From Stegostoma tigrinum (lineage: Eukaryota), in contig NC_081393.1 of NCBI RefSeq assembly GCF_030684315.1, positions 11,171,565-11,235,564 on the forward strand: 64,000 bases of DNA. The letters are read 5' to 3'. The notes under the pieces are model-generated. The model did no database searches and was not told where the DNA came from. It saw nothing but the letters and a program-made list of their open reading frames with translations. Numbering within the stretch: position 1 is the first letter of the stretch; the number at the start of each line of letters is the position of its first letter. Shown piece after piece: positions 39,505 through 51,949 of this stretch. The translations under genes were made by a program, and so were the position numbers.

Positions 39505-42500
39505 AAAATGGCGCTGGAGTGTGGTGAGTGGGGCCCAACTGCTAACACTGGATCCGCGACTGTGACAACAAAGAGATGAACCAGTTACTGGCTTTTGGAA
39601 GGCCCAACACCAGATATTGATCGGCAACCCGGCTCTGCGACCTTACCTGACCTTGTGGAGACCTGACTTTGTGGCCCAGCCAGATCGAAATCAATACACC
39701 CTCCGGTGTACCCAAGGCTGCGATCTGTGTCCATGACCCTACTGGATGCACGCATGTACCTTCTGGGATGGCAGACAATCTACACTGGCTCCTTGGGCCT
39801 GACCAGAAGCAGCCTCTTACCCAGGAAATGGGAGAGATGTGCTGGCCTGCAGGTGATGCAGTTTCAAGTTCAGTATCCCTGGCTCTGACCTGTGGATGGA
39901 GGGAAGATCTCACTGATGAAGGAGCCAAAGGTGCCACCTTATCCTGAGGCACTTGTGCAAAAGTACAAGCTGTGGAAAACAAGCTGGACGCACCGACCAA
40001 AGGGAATTGAGTGGCCTGCTGTGTGCACTCTTTTACAAAGACATGGCTCATTCCTGCTTCAACTGACTGTTTCTGAATTTTGTCAGACGGTACACACAAC
40101 ATCCTTGAGCAAGGCGTGGGGCACAGGGGTCTGCCTCATGATCAACGCCCCTTGGTGCTCAGATGTGATGACACTGACACATTACTGCTCCCTGAATGTA
40201 GAACAGTCAAGTGCTGTACCTACCACCTGCCATGGGAGTTCACTTCTGCTAGCCTGACAGCAGTTTACATCCGACTCCATGCAGAACTGAAGATTGCAAT
40301 TGATGAAATGTACGCTGTGAAAAATAGCCTTGACACAGAATACCCTGAGGCCTTGTTCGTTGTAGCCAGCGAATTGAACCATGCTCACATCAAGAGTATG
40401 CTATCAAGATACCATCAACATATCTCCTGTCCCACTAGAGGCCCAAACACCCTTCACCATTGTGATATAATCATGAAAGGTGCCAACTCTCTAACTCCCT
40501 CCCATATTTTGGAAAATCGAACCATAAGACTGTGCACCTTTTCTCGGCTTACAAGCAAAAACTGAAGCACGAGGGCCTGGACATAAAGTTGTCTTGTGCT
40601 GGTGTGAAGTAATGGATGAGCTCCTTTGTTACTGCGTGGAATCGGTGGACTGGTCCATATTGAACATCGGTTACCAACCAAAATGATAATGCAACTACCG
40701 TCACCGACCTAATTAGTAATTGTCTGGAAGATGTTTGCCAAAGAAGTTAATCTGAGTGTTCCCCAACCAAAAACCGTGGATTAACTGGGAGATGTTCTCC
40801 CTACTGAAGTCCAGGTCTGAGGCGTTCACATCGGGTGACCCTGACCTATACAGCAAATCTAGGTACAACCCTTGAAAAGCCATCAGGGACACTAAGAGAC
40901 AAAGACACCAGATTAGACTAAAGTCCCAGACTAACTGTACAACTACATGTCAATTGTGGCAAGACTGGCATGAGAAAACAGGTGACGAAGTGAAGTTGAA
41001 TAGAATTGCTGGCAACATTGCAATCCTCCCTGATGAGCTGAATGCATTCTGTGCTCATTTGAAACCGACTGTCAGTGAAATGATGTGACCTGCCCTGCAG
41101 CTTCAGGTCCACCTGTACCCATAGTCACTGCTGCAAATGTCAGCTGAGCATCTTTAGGGTGAACCTATAGAAACTAACTGGCCTGGATGGAGACCCTGGC
41201 CATGCAATTAGATCCTGTGCAGACTAGCTGGCTAGACTATTCACTGACATCTTTAACCTCTCCTTACTACGATCTGAAGTTCCCACCGACTTCAAGAAGA
41301 CCACTATCAGCCTGGTGCCAAAGACATAGCAGAGAGCCCGCCTCAATGACTTAACACCTAGTGGCTCTGAAATCCATCATATGAAATGCTTCGAGAGGTT
41401 AGTAATGGTACACGTCAACTCCAGCCTCCCCGACAGCCTTGATCCACTAGAGTTTGCCAACTGTCATAATAGGTCCGTGGCAAATGCCATCTTCTTAGAC
41501 CGACACTGATCCCTGGAACATTTGAATAATGAGAATACCCACGTCAGGCTCTTATAGAGCTCTGCCTTCAACTAAGCCCTCAACTGCCAACCTAACTTCC
41601 AAACAACAAAACATGGGTTTCTGCTCCGCCCTCTGCAACTGGATCCTTGAATTCCTCATCCACAGACTGCCATCAGTAACAACACGTCCTCCACGATAAT
41701 CCTTACTGGTGTTTCACAAGGCTGTGTACTCTGCCCCTGACTATACTCCCTATATACTCACAACTGTGTGGTCAAATTTAGCTTTAACTCGATTGACAAC
41801 TTTGCTGATGACACCACCATCATGACAGAGTATAGGCAAAAGATAGACAGCTTAGTGGCATGGTGCAAAAACAACAATTTCTCTCTCTCAATGCCAGCAA
41901 AACGAAGGAGCTGGTCATCGACTTCAGGAACGGGAGTGGAGCACATGTCAGTATGTGTATTAATGGTGCTGAGGTCAAGAGGTTGAGAGCTTCAAGTGCT
42001 TTGGAGTAAATATCACCAGTGACCTATCCTGGTTCATCCATGATGCTACAGTCAAGACTGTGCACCCACACCTCAATGTCCTCAGAAGGCTAAGGAAATT
42101 CAGCAGGTCTACAATTACTTTTTCCAATTTCATAGATGCACCATCGAGAGCATTCTATGCAGGTGTGTCACAGCTTGGTATGCCAACTGCTGTGCTCAAA
42201 ACTGCAAGAAATTAGAGAGAATTGTGAACGCAGTACACACTGTCACAAAAATTTAGCCTTCTCTCCATTGACTCCATCTACAGTTACCACTGCCTTGGAA
42301 CAGCAGCGAGCATAATCAAAGACCACACCGGTTATACTCTCTTCTATCCTCTTCTCTCAGACAGAAGATGGAAAAGTTTGAAAATATGGACCAACAGATT
42401 CAAGAACAGCTTCTTACTTGCTTTTATTAGACCTTGATTGGACAGCTCATATATTAGAGGTCATCTTTTTCTGCATCTCCTCTATAGCTGTAACATAATA

Positions 42501-42612
42501 TTCTGTTCTACTTCCCTCAGGCACTTGTGTGAGGTAATGATTTGCCTAGATAGCATGTAAAACAAAACCTTTTGCTATATCTCAGTATATGTGAAAATAA
42601 TAAATCAAATCA
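39505..42612 (+). mobile_element. Decayed Rex1/Babar-type LINE nested in the preceding LINE
   Basis: APE remnants (VCLMIN..WCSD, YHLPWEFTS..LTAVYI), RT remnant FADDTT, and a tail aataataaatcaaatcaa. Confidence 0.75.
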
Positions 42613-43257
42613 AGGAGTTTCCCTACTATCCAGAACAGAGCAGCTGCCTCATTGGCACCACATCGGTAAGCATCCACTCCCTGTACCACCGATGCTCAGT
42701 AGCAGCAGTGTGTACTATCTACAAGAGGCAGAAATTCACCAACGATCCTTATAGATAGACCCTAAAGGAAAACAAAAATCTGTTTTGACCTCACAGACTT
42801 CTAAAATGTTAGCTAGTTGTTGAGAATTGTTGCAAGTTCAGAACCAATTTTATTCTTCTGTTTGCCAATCAGCAACATACTTTGTTTGGGTCTAGGCCCG
42901 AAACGTCAGCTTCTGTGCTCCTGAGATGCTGCTTGGCCTGCTGTGTTCATCCAGCCCCACACTTTGTTTCATACTTTTATATGCTCGGTCGAATCTTGCA
43001 GCTTATTTCTTCTTTGGAAAGCTATCAAATTCCCTTTGCATGGCCGTGCTGATGCAGTGGCTGTGATTTGATTTGATTTATTATTGTCACGTACTTTGGT
43101 ACATTTTGTTTTGTGCGCAGTATAGGCAGATCATCACATACCAAGATCCTAGGGTGACTGAATACAGTAAGGAAGACTAAGTTACAGCCGGAAAGAAGGT
43201 GCACAAAAAGCAAGCTAAACATTGGATTTGAAATTTGAGAGGTCCGTTCAGAAGAAG

Positions 43258-43437
43258 CTGTTCTCGAACCTGAGATGACAAGCCATAGAGCTGGATGAAC
43301 ACAGCAGGCCAAGAGCATCAGAGGAGCACAAAGCTGACGTTTTCCCTCTTCACAGATTCTTCTTCACAGCTGCTTGTTCTGCCGTGTTCATTTAGCTCTT
43401 CACCTTGTTATCTCTGCTATCTCTGTTCTTGAACCTG
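43258..43437. mobile_element. Penelope-derived mini element with 15-bp TSD, inside a minus-strand Rex1-like 3' fragment (~43065-43745)
   Basis: Flanks ctgttctcgaacctg and ctgttcttgaacctg; inverted internal halves. Confidence 0.7.
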
Positions 43438-43914
43438 TTGGGATTTTTGGTTAAGCTTTTGTATCTACTGCCTGAGTGTGGGAGGGCTCTTTGGTCATCT
43501 TCGCTGCATATCTGTGGCATCTTGAAGTGTATTTGAAGTCAATGGATTGAAAGTTGGCTTGCATGATGGTCTGGACTGTGCACAGTGTAGTTTCTTACGG
43601 TCCTGAGCAGAGCAGTTGCCATACCAAGCCGTGATGCATCCAGACAGGATGGTAACTATGGTGCATCTGTAAAAGTGGTTGAGGGTTTGTTATGGGCGTA
43701 GTGAATTTCCTTAGCTTCCCGAGGAACAAGAGGCATTGTTTGTGTCTCTCCTCCGACTCAGGAGGTCTGCGTTCAAATCCCACTTGTTTCAGATGAGCGT
43801 TCAAACTTCCCCGAACGGGTTCCTATAAAATCCAACTAATTCCTTTTTGAATGCAACCATTTGAACCTGCCTTCATCACCTGATACCCTCCAGACACCAG
43901 CTGCACCTCTTGTC

Positions 43915-44162
43915 TCCAGTCGCGTTGGCGTTGTGAGCGGGGGAAGGTTAGAGACGGGGAAACGCGGTGCCGGGGCGGGGGATGATTGTGGGTGACGGAC
44001 CGGTTCCGCCGGAAGTCCCTCGGGCGAGCGGTTGGGAGGAGAGAGACGCGAAAGGAACGGGGGAAGAAAACTAAAACCAAGGAAGAAAACAAAAGGATCG
44101 AGATTATTGTCGAGTGCCCAGGGAGACCGCGGGAGTCCAGGAGGATAAGGGACGAGGCGGCC
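43915..44162 (+). promoter_or_regulatory. CpG-island promoter / 5'UTR of NUDCD3
   Basis: CpG-rich; GC box ggggcggggg (~43972) and ETS site ccggaagt (~44009); strong Kozak context gcggccATGG. Confidence 0.7.
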
Positions 44163-44360
44163 ATGGACGGCCCTCCCGAGGTGACCGAGATGTACGACCA
44201 GGCGCTGCTGGGCATCCTGCAGCATGTGGGCAAGATCGAGAACTTTCTGGAAGTTTTCTTCGGCTTCCTCTACAGGAAGACCGACTTTTTCCGAGTGATG
44301 GCGCTGAAGGAGGACAGGCTGGGGTTCCCACCCGGAGTGGCCGAGAAGCTGGCCCTGAGG
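44163..44360 (+). CDS. NUDCD3: NudC domain-containing protein 3, coding exon 1
   Basis: MDGPPEVTEMYDQALLGILQHVGKIENFLEVFFGFLYRKTDFF...GFPPGVAEKLALR|gtgagt; NudC N-terminal signature. Confidence 0.95.
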
Positions 44361-45184
44361 GTGAGTGCCCGCGGACCGAGGAGGCCCCCGCCGCCGCCAA
44401 GGCACCGGTTCGCTTCCTCTGTCGCCTCCCTCCCGACCCTCTCCGTCTCCTGCTCAAAATCAAACCCCAGGCTTTCCAGTTGTGGACCAAGACAGCCCAG
44501 TGTCAAATCTGAAAGTGTGTTCTGGTCGAAAAGCCACCCTCTCAGCAACTCTCCCTCACATGCATTTTTGTTTTTGGTTCCTTTTGCCCCTTTGAACTTA
44601 GTTGCTTCAGAGCACCAGCTGTCATCTTCCTTAAGTTCCATTATTCGGGGTTTTGTGGCATGTTGATTGTGTCCCTGCCAAAACATCTGAGTTCAAGTGC
44701 CATTTGCTGCAGTGGTGAGGGGCATTGACTGGGTGGCTAAGGAGCACCTGCTGGCCTCAGCCCAAGGGTCAAGAACAAGCGGGTGCATTGTTGCAGGAGG
44801 TTTACAGGTGGCTAGAGGAATAGTGGCAGTGGAGGTTGGAGTGCTCAGCTTGGGAGGGGAGTACAGAACGGTAACCACCCAACTTCAGGTGCGCACGCCC
44901 TGTCCAACGACACCTCGATTGCGGTTTTCAGACTCCAGAACAGATCTTTGCTTCTCCTTCAATCAAATGTACCCCAGTCCAATTCTCCAGGGGTTTTCTG
45001 TTTCACTCTAATTCTGGTTCTTGCATGTCTGATTTTAGTTCTAGTCATGCCCATGTGTCTTCAGTCATGTGGACCTGAAGCACTGAAGTGTATTGAGTTG
45101 GGATCCTAGTGTCTCTGACTCGCAATCTTGTTTTTTTTCCTCGTTCAGTAACAGCTTAAAATCTACTTATCTTAATCAAGATCA

Positions 45185-45485
45185 TGGGTGGCTCAGTGGT
45201 TTGCACCATTGCCTCACCGTGCCAGGGACCTAAGCTTAATTCCACCCTGAGGTGACTGTCTGTGTGGGTTTCCTCCCAGACTCCAAAGGTCCTCAAGTTT
45301 TGTGGGTTGGCTATGTTAAATTGTCCGTTCTGTTACGGGATGTGTAGGTTCAGTGCATTAGCCAGAGAAAACAGAGGGTTCCATGGATTGGGTAGGGGTT
45401 TGGGTCTGGGTAGGATGCTCTTCGGAGGTTCAGTGTGGACTTATTGGGCTGAATGGCCTGTTTGCACACTGTAAGGATTCTATGA
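45185..45485 (+). mobile_element. HE1-like tRNA-derived SINE
   Basis: Head gtggctcagtggt (A box) plus a B-box-like motif; tail gggctgaatggcctgtt...gattctatga shared with CR1/HER1. Confidence 0.75.
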
Positions 45486-46419
45486 CTTGTCATGTGACTT
45501 GGTGTCAGATGAAGCTGAAATTGCTCGTGAAAGAGCTTGGGATACTCCACCAAGTTAAAGGCACCATACCAGAACTCAATGGCTTCAGCCAATTCAGTTG
45601 ACCATCCTGGCCTTGTGCCAATACCAGCTCAGTCAGCCCTGACTGGATGACCTTTGACCTTCCTGGGATTTGCACTTTTAAAATTATTTACAGAATCAAC
45701 ACAAATGGACAGAGAATCTAAGTAAATAGTGCTCCGCGGTGAGGAGCACAGAACTGCACACAGTAACCAGTTGAGTGACTTTTTGATAACTTGTTCAAAA
45801 GTGGTTGAGTTCAGAAGAATTTCATTGTGAGATGCCAGAAAAAAGTGACTTTCAGGAGTAATGCTGATCTAATGCTGTAATTAGTTCATGGACAGAATGA
45901 AACGTGAACAGCAGCACAGCTTGCTTGTTAAAAGCAAAATAGTGTGGATGTTGAAAATCTGAAATGAAAACTTAAATTGCAGGAAAAATTCAGCAGGTCT
46001 GGCAACGTTGGTTGAGAGAGAGAAAAAGTTTTTTAATGTTTTTTTTCTTTGACTTGAGTCGTTCAGAACTGTCACACTCAAAGTTCATTCTCCCTCTGTG
46101 CATTCGCTGCCAGACCTGCTGAGTTTGTCCAAAATTTTCTGTTTTTCCTTTGGATTGTTAAGATGCAGGTGTATTTTATGAGACCTGAGTGTGCCCACAA
46201 TTGCTTTTCAAAATGTGGTGTTCGGCTTCGTGCCCATTTCTCAAAGAGTGACAGGGATACAACGTCTATAACAATGAGAATTAGTTTTTCAACATCTCAA
46301 CTGGTCAGTTAATGACAACAGTGAATCTGCTGGTAAGTTATTTTGATCGATGGACATGATACGTGTGGAGCTGCGAAGTGAGTCATTGTCGGGAGGGCAT
46401 TGCACAGTCTGCATTGCCT

Positions 46420-47120
46420 TCAAGCTCACAGTCTTCCAATCCCACACGGCCCACTTCCAGTTTCTTCCCAAAGTCCACAAACATGATGTTTCTGCTGGCT
46501 GTTGCCCGATGGAACTTAATGTCTTCATGCTTTTGACTCACTTTTTTTGCCCTTGTCCAGTCCTTTCACTTGGATTGTTCTGATGCTTTCTGTCTGTTTT
46601 AGAATTTCCGTTTTGCCGGCAACAGTGGCATCCTCTTGACCGTGGACATGCAATCCCTTCACATGTTCATTCATGATCAGATTGTCTTCGGGCTTTCTGC
46701 TTCTTTATGGAGGCGCTGAACCATTCCCATCTTCCATCACCACCCTCCTCCACCTGATTGAGTTCATCCTGGCTTCAAACAACACTTACTTAAATTCCTG
46801 TCTCTTTTTTCAGATCAAAAGTATGGCTGTGGGTACGTGCTTGGGCCCCAGTGATGCCTGTCTCTTTGTTGGTTACTTGGAACATAATTTTTCGTGTCTG
46901 AATTGGGGACCCCACCCACAACATTTTCTCTCGTACATGGCCCGTACATCATTGGCGCTGCATCCCTCTTTCTCCCAGAATTAGAAAAAAATGATCAGTT
47001 TGGCTTCCAGTTTCCACCTTACTCCCATCTTCACTTGGTCTCTCTCTGACTCCTGCCTTCCCTTCCTCGTCACCCCTGTTTCCATGTCTGGGGATAGACT
47101 AGCCACCAATATCTGGAATA
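46420..47120 (+). mobile_element. Penelope-like reverse transcriptase relic
   Basis: LPKVHK..CP.EL and TTLLHLIEFIL..N....FFQIKSMAVGT.LGPS.ACLFVGYLE resemble PLE RT motifs. Confidence 0.75.
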
Positions 47121-47249
47121 AAAGCAGATTTCCATGTCAAAAGAGAAAGTTGACTTTATGTTTTGGGTGCAGTCGCTTTCAGTGCACCCAATCCATCTTT
47201 ACCTACTCATTTTCCTCCTTATCAGCTTTTCCACTTCCCTCGCTTACTA

Positions 47250-48060
47250 TAAGACCATAAGACATAGGAGTGGAAGTAAGGCCATTCGGCCCATCGAGTC
47301 CACTCCAGCCATTTAATCATGGCTGATGGGCATTTCAACTTCACTTCCCTGCACTCTCCCCGTAGCCCTTAATTCCTTGCGAGATCACAAATTTATCAAT
47401 CTCTGTCTTGAAGACATTTAACAGCCAGGCCTCCACTGCGCTCCGTGGCAATGAATTCCACAGGCCCACCACACTCTGGCTGAAGAAATGTCTCCTCATT
47501 TCCATTCTAAATTTACCCCCTCTAAATCTAAGGCTGTGCCCATGGGTCCTAGTCTCTCCGCCTAACGGAAACGACCTCTTAGCGTCCACCCCTACTAAGC
47601 CATACATTATCTTGTAAGTTTCTATTAGATCTCCCCTCAACCTTCTCAACCCTAATGAGTACAATTCCAGGATCCTTAGCTGTTCATCATATGTTAAAAC
47701 TACCATTCCAGGGATCATCAGTGTGAATCTCCGCTGGACACGCTCCAGGGCCAGTATGTCCTTCCTGAGGTGTGGGGCCCAAAATCGGACACCATTTTCT
47801 AAATAGTGCCTAACTAAAGCCTTATAAAGTCTCAGAAGCACATCGATGCTTTTATATTCCAACCCTCTTGAGATGAATGACAACATTACATTCACTTTCT
47901 TAATCACAGACTCTACCTGCAAGTTAACCTTTAGAGAATCCTGGACTAACACTCCCAGATCCCTTTGTACTACAGCTTTATGACTTTTCTCACCATTTAG
48001 AAAACAGCCCATGTCTGTATTCTTTTTTCCAAAGTGCAAGACCTCGCGTTTGCTCACGAC
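47250..48060 (-). mobile_element. CR1 LINE ORF2 C-terminal part plus 3' end
   Basis: 242-aa minus ORF VLHFG..RDLGVLV..LYKALVR..ERVQRRFT..RRHFFSQ.VV.LWNSLP. Confidence 0.92.
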
Positions 48061-48104
48061 TATCAACAACCCCTTTGACTATCTAACTATATTTCTCTCT
48101 CAAA

Positions 48105-48197
48105 CAAAAACAAATTGCTTGAGAAACTGAGCAGGTCTGGCAGAGTCTGTGGAGAGAAAGCGGACTTAACGTTTCAAGCCCAGTGACTCTTCTTCAG
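48105..48197 (-). mobile_element. Penelope pLTR-type short element with intact minimal hammerhead core
   Basis: Minus strand 48166-48197 reads ctgaagaagagtcactgggcttgaaacgttaa. Confidence 0.65.
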
Positions 48198-50611
48198 TGT
48201 TTTAACAGGAAACGCAAGGCTAGATTAATGTAAACGCTTTCCACTGTTTGGGGATTCCAGGAATAGAGTGCCGTAGTCTGAGAATTTAGACCGGATCATT
48301 GGGGAGAGATGTTTGGAAGCATTTGTATATGCAAAGGCTAGGATGTGTTTGGAACTCTTCCACCAGAGACAATGGATGCAGGACCTGTTTTTGTTGATTT
48401 TACAGCAACATTTTTGTGAAGCAAATATACGGAGGGATATGTGCCTAACGCAGGCATATGAAGTCAAGCAACAAATCAGTCAATATTTCTTTGAATGGTA
48501 GAACAGGCTCAATGGCTTCCTCCTGTTCTTCTGTCAGATTTGTGTCACCTTTTCAAGAGGAAGGCATTCTGCTTCTGTTGAACTATTGGAAAAAAGGTCT
48601 GGTATTGAAAGAGATACTGTTGCAATAAAGATAGAAATTTGAGTGCAATTTTTTGGAGCCCTCTGACTTGCTTTCCCCACCTTTGAATTGAGAAACTTGG
48701 ATTGTTGGACTGAGCTTGTGATTCCTGACCAGGGTGCACTGTCAAATGCGCAGTTAAGTGAACCTTTGTGCCATCTGAGCAGCTTTTCAACTTGAAAGTT
48801 ATAGAAATAGAATGAATCCATTATAGTTGATGGCTCACAATTTAAACAAGAGCAGGTCACTTGCTTTTGGAAAAAGTTTCTGAACATCGAAGGTAACTTG
48901 AATTGCCTTCGAGTGTAGATGTGCTTAATTTGTTGGGACTTGCTTATCAAAAGAATTCGCCTTCAGAAGAAACGAACAGTTGAATTTATAATGTTTCTTT
49001 CACAGTCACCTGACACCTGAATTTTGTGTTATGGAAATATGAGATGAATGTTTTTCATTTGGCAGCATCACTATTTTGAAGCTAATGTTTTTGTTTTATT
49101 TCCCAATAGTACATTTCAATTCATACACTTTGGCTCTTGACAGACCCCTGTACAGAAGAATGTAGTAAGAAGAGTTAACTGTTCTTCGTAAACTTGAATT
49201 TGGATCTTCAATAGCAAATTGGCCCCGTCAAAAGCCATTATCTGACACACACACTAATGAACACACCTCCATTGCACCAACATGTGACCTCACAGACTCT
49301 TGGTCTGGCAGCATGTTAATTTAAAAATATCCATGTTTGTTTTCAGATCTCACCCCCAAAACATACCACCCCATCTCTGTTTCTTCTTCCAGCTGTAAAT
49401 CTGCCGAAGAACTTTGTACTGCTGCAATTTGCATTTCCTAATTTTAATCAGTCTGTCAGTTGTAGATGAGGCCTGAGCAACGAGCTGGAGAGTTTTTTTT
49501 TCCTTTTGCTTCCCTTCAATGCCTTTCCTCTTGATATAAACACTTCAAAGATTCTCCATAAAGTCTCCTGTTCTTGGCCAAGTTGTCAGTCGTCTGCCCC
49601 ATTATTGAATCATAAGTAAAACAAAAAAAACACAAACACTGAGAAGCACAGATCTAGTAAAATATTGCCCACCTGAAATGTGAACTCTTTCTTTCTCCAC
49701 AGATGTCAGATGCTGCTGAGAATTTCTACCGTTTTCGATTGCTGCTTTAGATTTTCAGCATCTGCAGTATTTTACATTTGTAATATGTACGTGATCCTAT
49801 CTTGGATCCTGTTGATGTTTTGATCAAGATGCTTTACGAAATGAAAGTTCTTTGTAGTCCTATACTATGAAGGATTTGAATTTAGAATTCTTAAATTCCC
49901 TCTGAATTGGGTGTGAATTGGCGGACACTTGAAATGTCTCAGTCTTGTCATAGCTTCTACAAGGGAAATGGCAGTGTTCTAGCACAATATTCCTTAACCC
50001 CACTGCAACCAAAAGCTTTTAAATTGTTTAGGGTCATACAGAACAGAAACAGACCCTTCTGTCCAACTTGTTCATGCCGACCAAGGTTACCGCGTTAAAT
50101 TAATTCCAGGTGCCTGCATTTGGCCCCTATCCCTCTTAACATTTTCTCTCCATGTACCTGTCCAAATGTCTTTTAAATGTTACACCTGTACCTTCATCTA
50201 CCAGCTGTTCTGACCCTTCAGTCCATGTACGAACAGCCTTCTCTGAAAAGGTTGCCCATTGGGTTCCTGTTCAGTCACTTTAAAAATCCTGTCACTTTAA
50301 AATTAAGCGCTGTAATTTTGAATTTTCCTACCCACAGTGGAAAAAAAACTTGGCTATTCACCTTATTTATATAATTCATGATTTTATCGGTCTCCCAGGT
50401 GCATGTTCTTTTAGGATTATAGTAAAAGGTGTCTCTTCATATCTGTTTATCTCTCCTTGCCTGCTTTGCAGTTTAGTGGAACTGTGACTGATCTGTAAGC
50501 ACCCTGTCCTTGAATAGCTTTATGTAACGTGAGGTCTTGTGGCTATAATCTGTGTACAAGTGGGACAGATGCAGTCACATGTTTTCATGAGTGCTTCATC
50601 TTGTTTTCAAG

Positions 50612-50928
50612 GCTTTCAAAAAGTTTGAACATTATTCTATTCAAGATCATGAGAGACGGCTGAAAGAGCTGGAGCGGAAACTGAAGAGCAGGAATGTGGA
50701 AGAGGACAAACCATGTGTTCCACTTCCTGGCCAGGAGGTCGAGGTTGAGTCAACAGCAGAGGAACAACCTGAAGCAGAAGCAACAGAGTCGGACGAACAG
50801 AACACTAAGCACATCCAGAGTGATCAGAAGATGCCTGCAGGTTTGCAGCAACCCACCATGAGTGATCCACCGCAAGAGGGCGCTGCTGCAGCACCAGTTG
50901 CGAAAGAGGAGGACTCTGAGCCAATCAA
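50612..50928 (+). CDS. NUDCD3: NUDCD3, coding exon 2 (coiled coil plus acidic linker)
   Basis: ttttcaag|AFKKFEHYSIQDHERRLKELERK...EEDSEPI-AA|gtatgt; phase 0 in, phase 2 out. Confidence 0.88.
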
Positions 50929-51949
50929 GTATGTGTGCACATTTATTCTAAGATAAAATGGAAAAGAAAGGAAGCAGTATCTGTCTTTGTAGAGGCTTTA
51001 AGGGTATTGGTAATAGCCGTAGTCTTTTGCAGGAGATCCGAAATGAATTGGTGTCTTTGCTTGTTTCACTCAAGTGTCACCACACTGTGCGAAGTCAATG
51101 TGACAGATTCTCTACTGCATTGCAGATATTATTTGTCACAGGGTTTGACTCACTGTCTGACTGCTTCATATCTAGTGTTGGTACTTGGCTGTCTCTGTTC
51201 CCCGGTGTTGCAACTTAAATAACTCGTGAACAGAATTTTAAAATCAGACAATTGGATGCATTTTGGAAGGAACAATGAGAAGTAACAATGTAAAGTAAAT
51301 GGTAAAGTTTTTCAGAGCGAGCGGAGAATTATTGAATTGTACAAGTGGTTGCAGCAGCGCAGAAAGCAGTCATGTGGCCAGTTATATCTGTACTGGCTGT
51401 CTGCCAAAGTAACCCAGATACCCACCTGTCTGGTTTTACTTTGTACCCTGAAATTATATTTTCTCAAGATAACTGATTTTTGAAAACTTGAGTTGAATCT
51501 GCTTCAAGCATTCACTCAGGTAGTGCATTCCACATCTTTGTGTCACAAAATTACTAGGCTCATATTGTCCTTCAGCCTTTTGCCACTTAGCTTAAATCAA
51601 CATTTCCTACTTTTAAAATCTTGCTGAAAATCAAAGCAGTTTCTGTCTGTCAACTCTGTCTGGATCCCTCTATGGTTTTGAACACCTTTTAACCTTCTTA
51701 ATTTTCACTTCTCCAAAGAGACCAAACCCATCATCTCCATCCCACGTGTTTCATGTGTGCTCCTCGTCCCTGAACTGATTTGTGTGATTTTTTTTTCTGC
51801 ATCCTCTGTGTTGCCTTTACTTAATGACAGTTTGGTGCCCTGAACTGGACATAGCACTGTCATCAGTGTTGTATAGATTTTTGTCTCATGTCCATGTTTT
51901 TGTGTTCAAGGCCCCGACTGATAAATCTTGACTTCATTTCTCTGTACCT

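Noticed and set aside
39913-39930. ctgatgaaggagcc as a hammerhead core
   Set aside because: No closing stem or GAAA follows; it is the reverse complement of LINE RT sequence inside the 86-bp duplication.
43823-44686. Stack of long ORFs, including a 226-aa frame extending NUDCD3 at both ends
   Set aside because: CpG-island artefact. Homology starts at the Kozak ATG (44163) and ends at the gtgagt donor (44360); the upstream extension has no ATG.
45185-45260. tRNA gene
   Set aside because: It is the tRNA-derived head of an HE1-like SINE; the cloverleaf is incomplete and it continues into SINE body.
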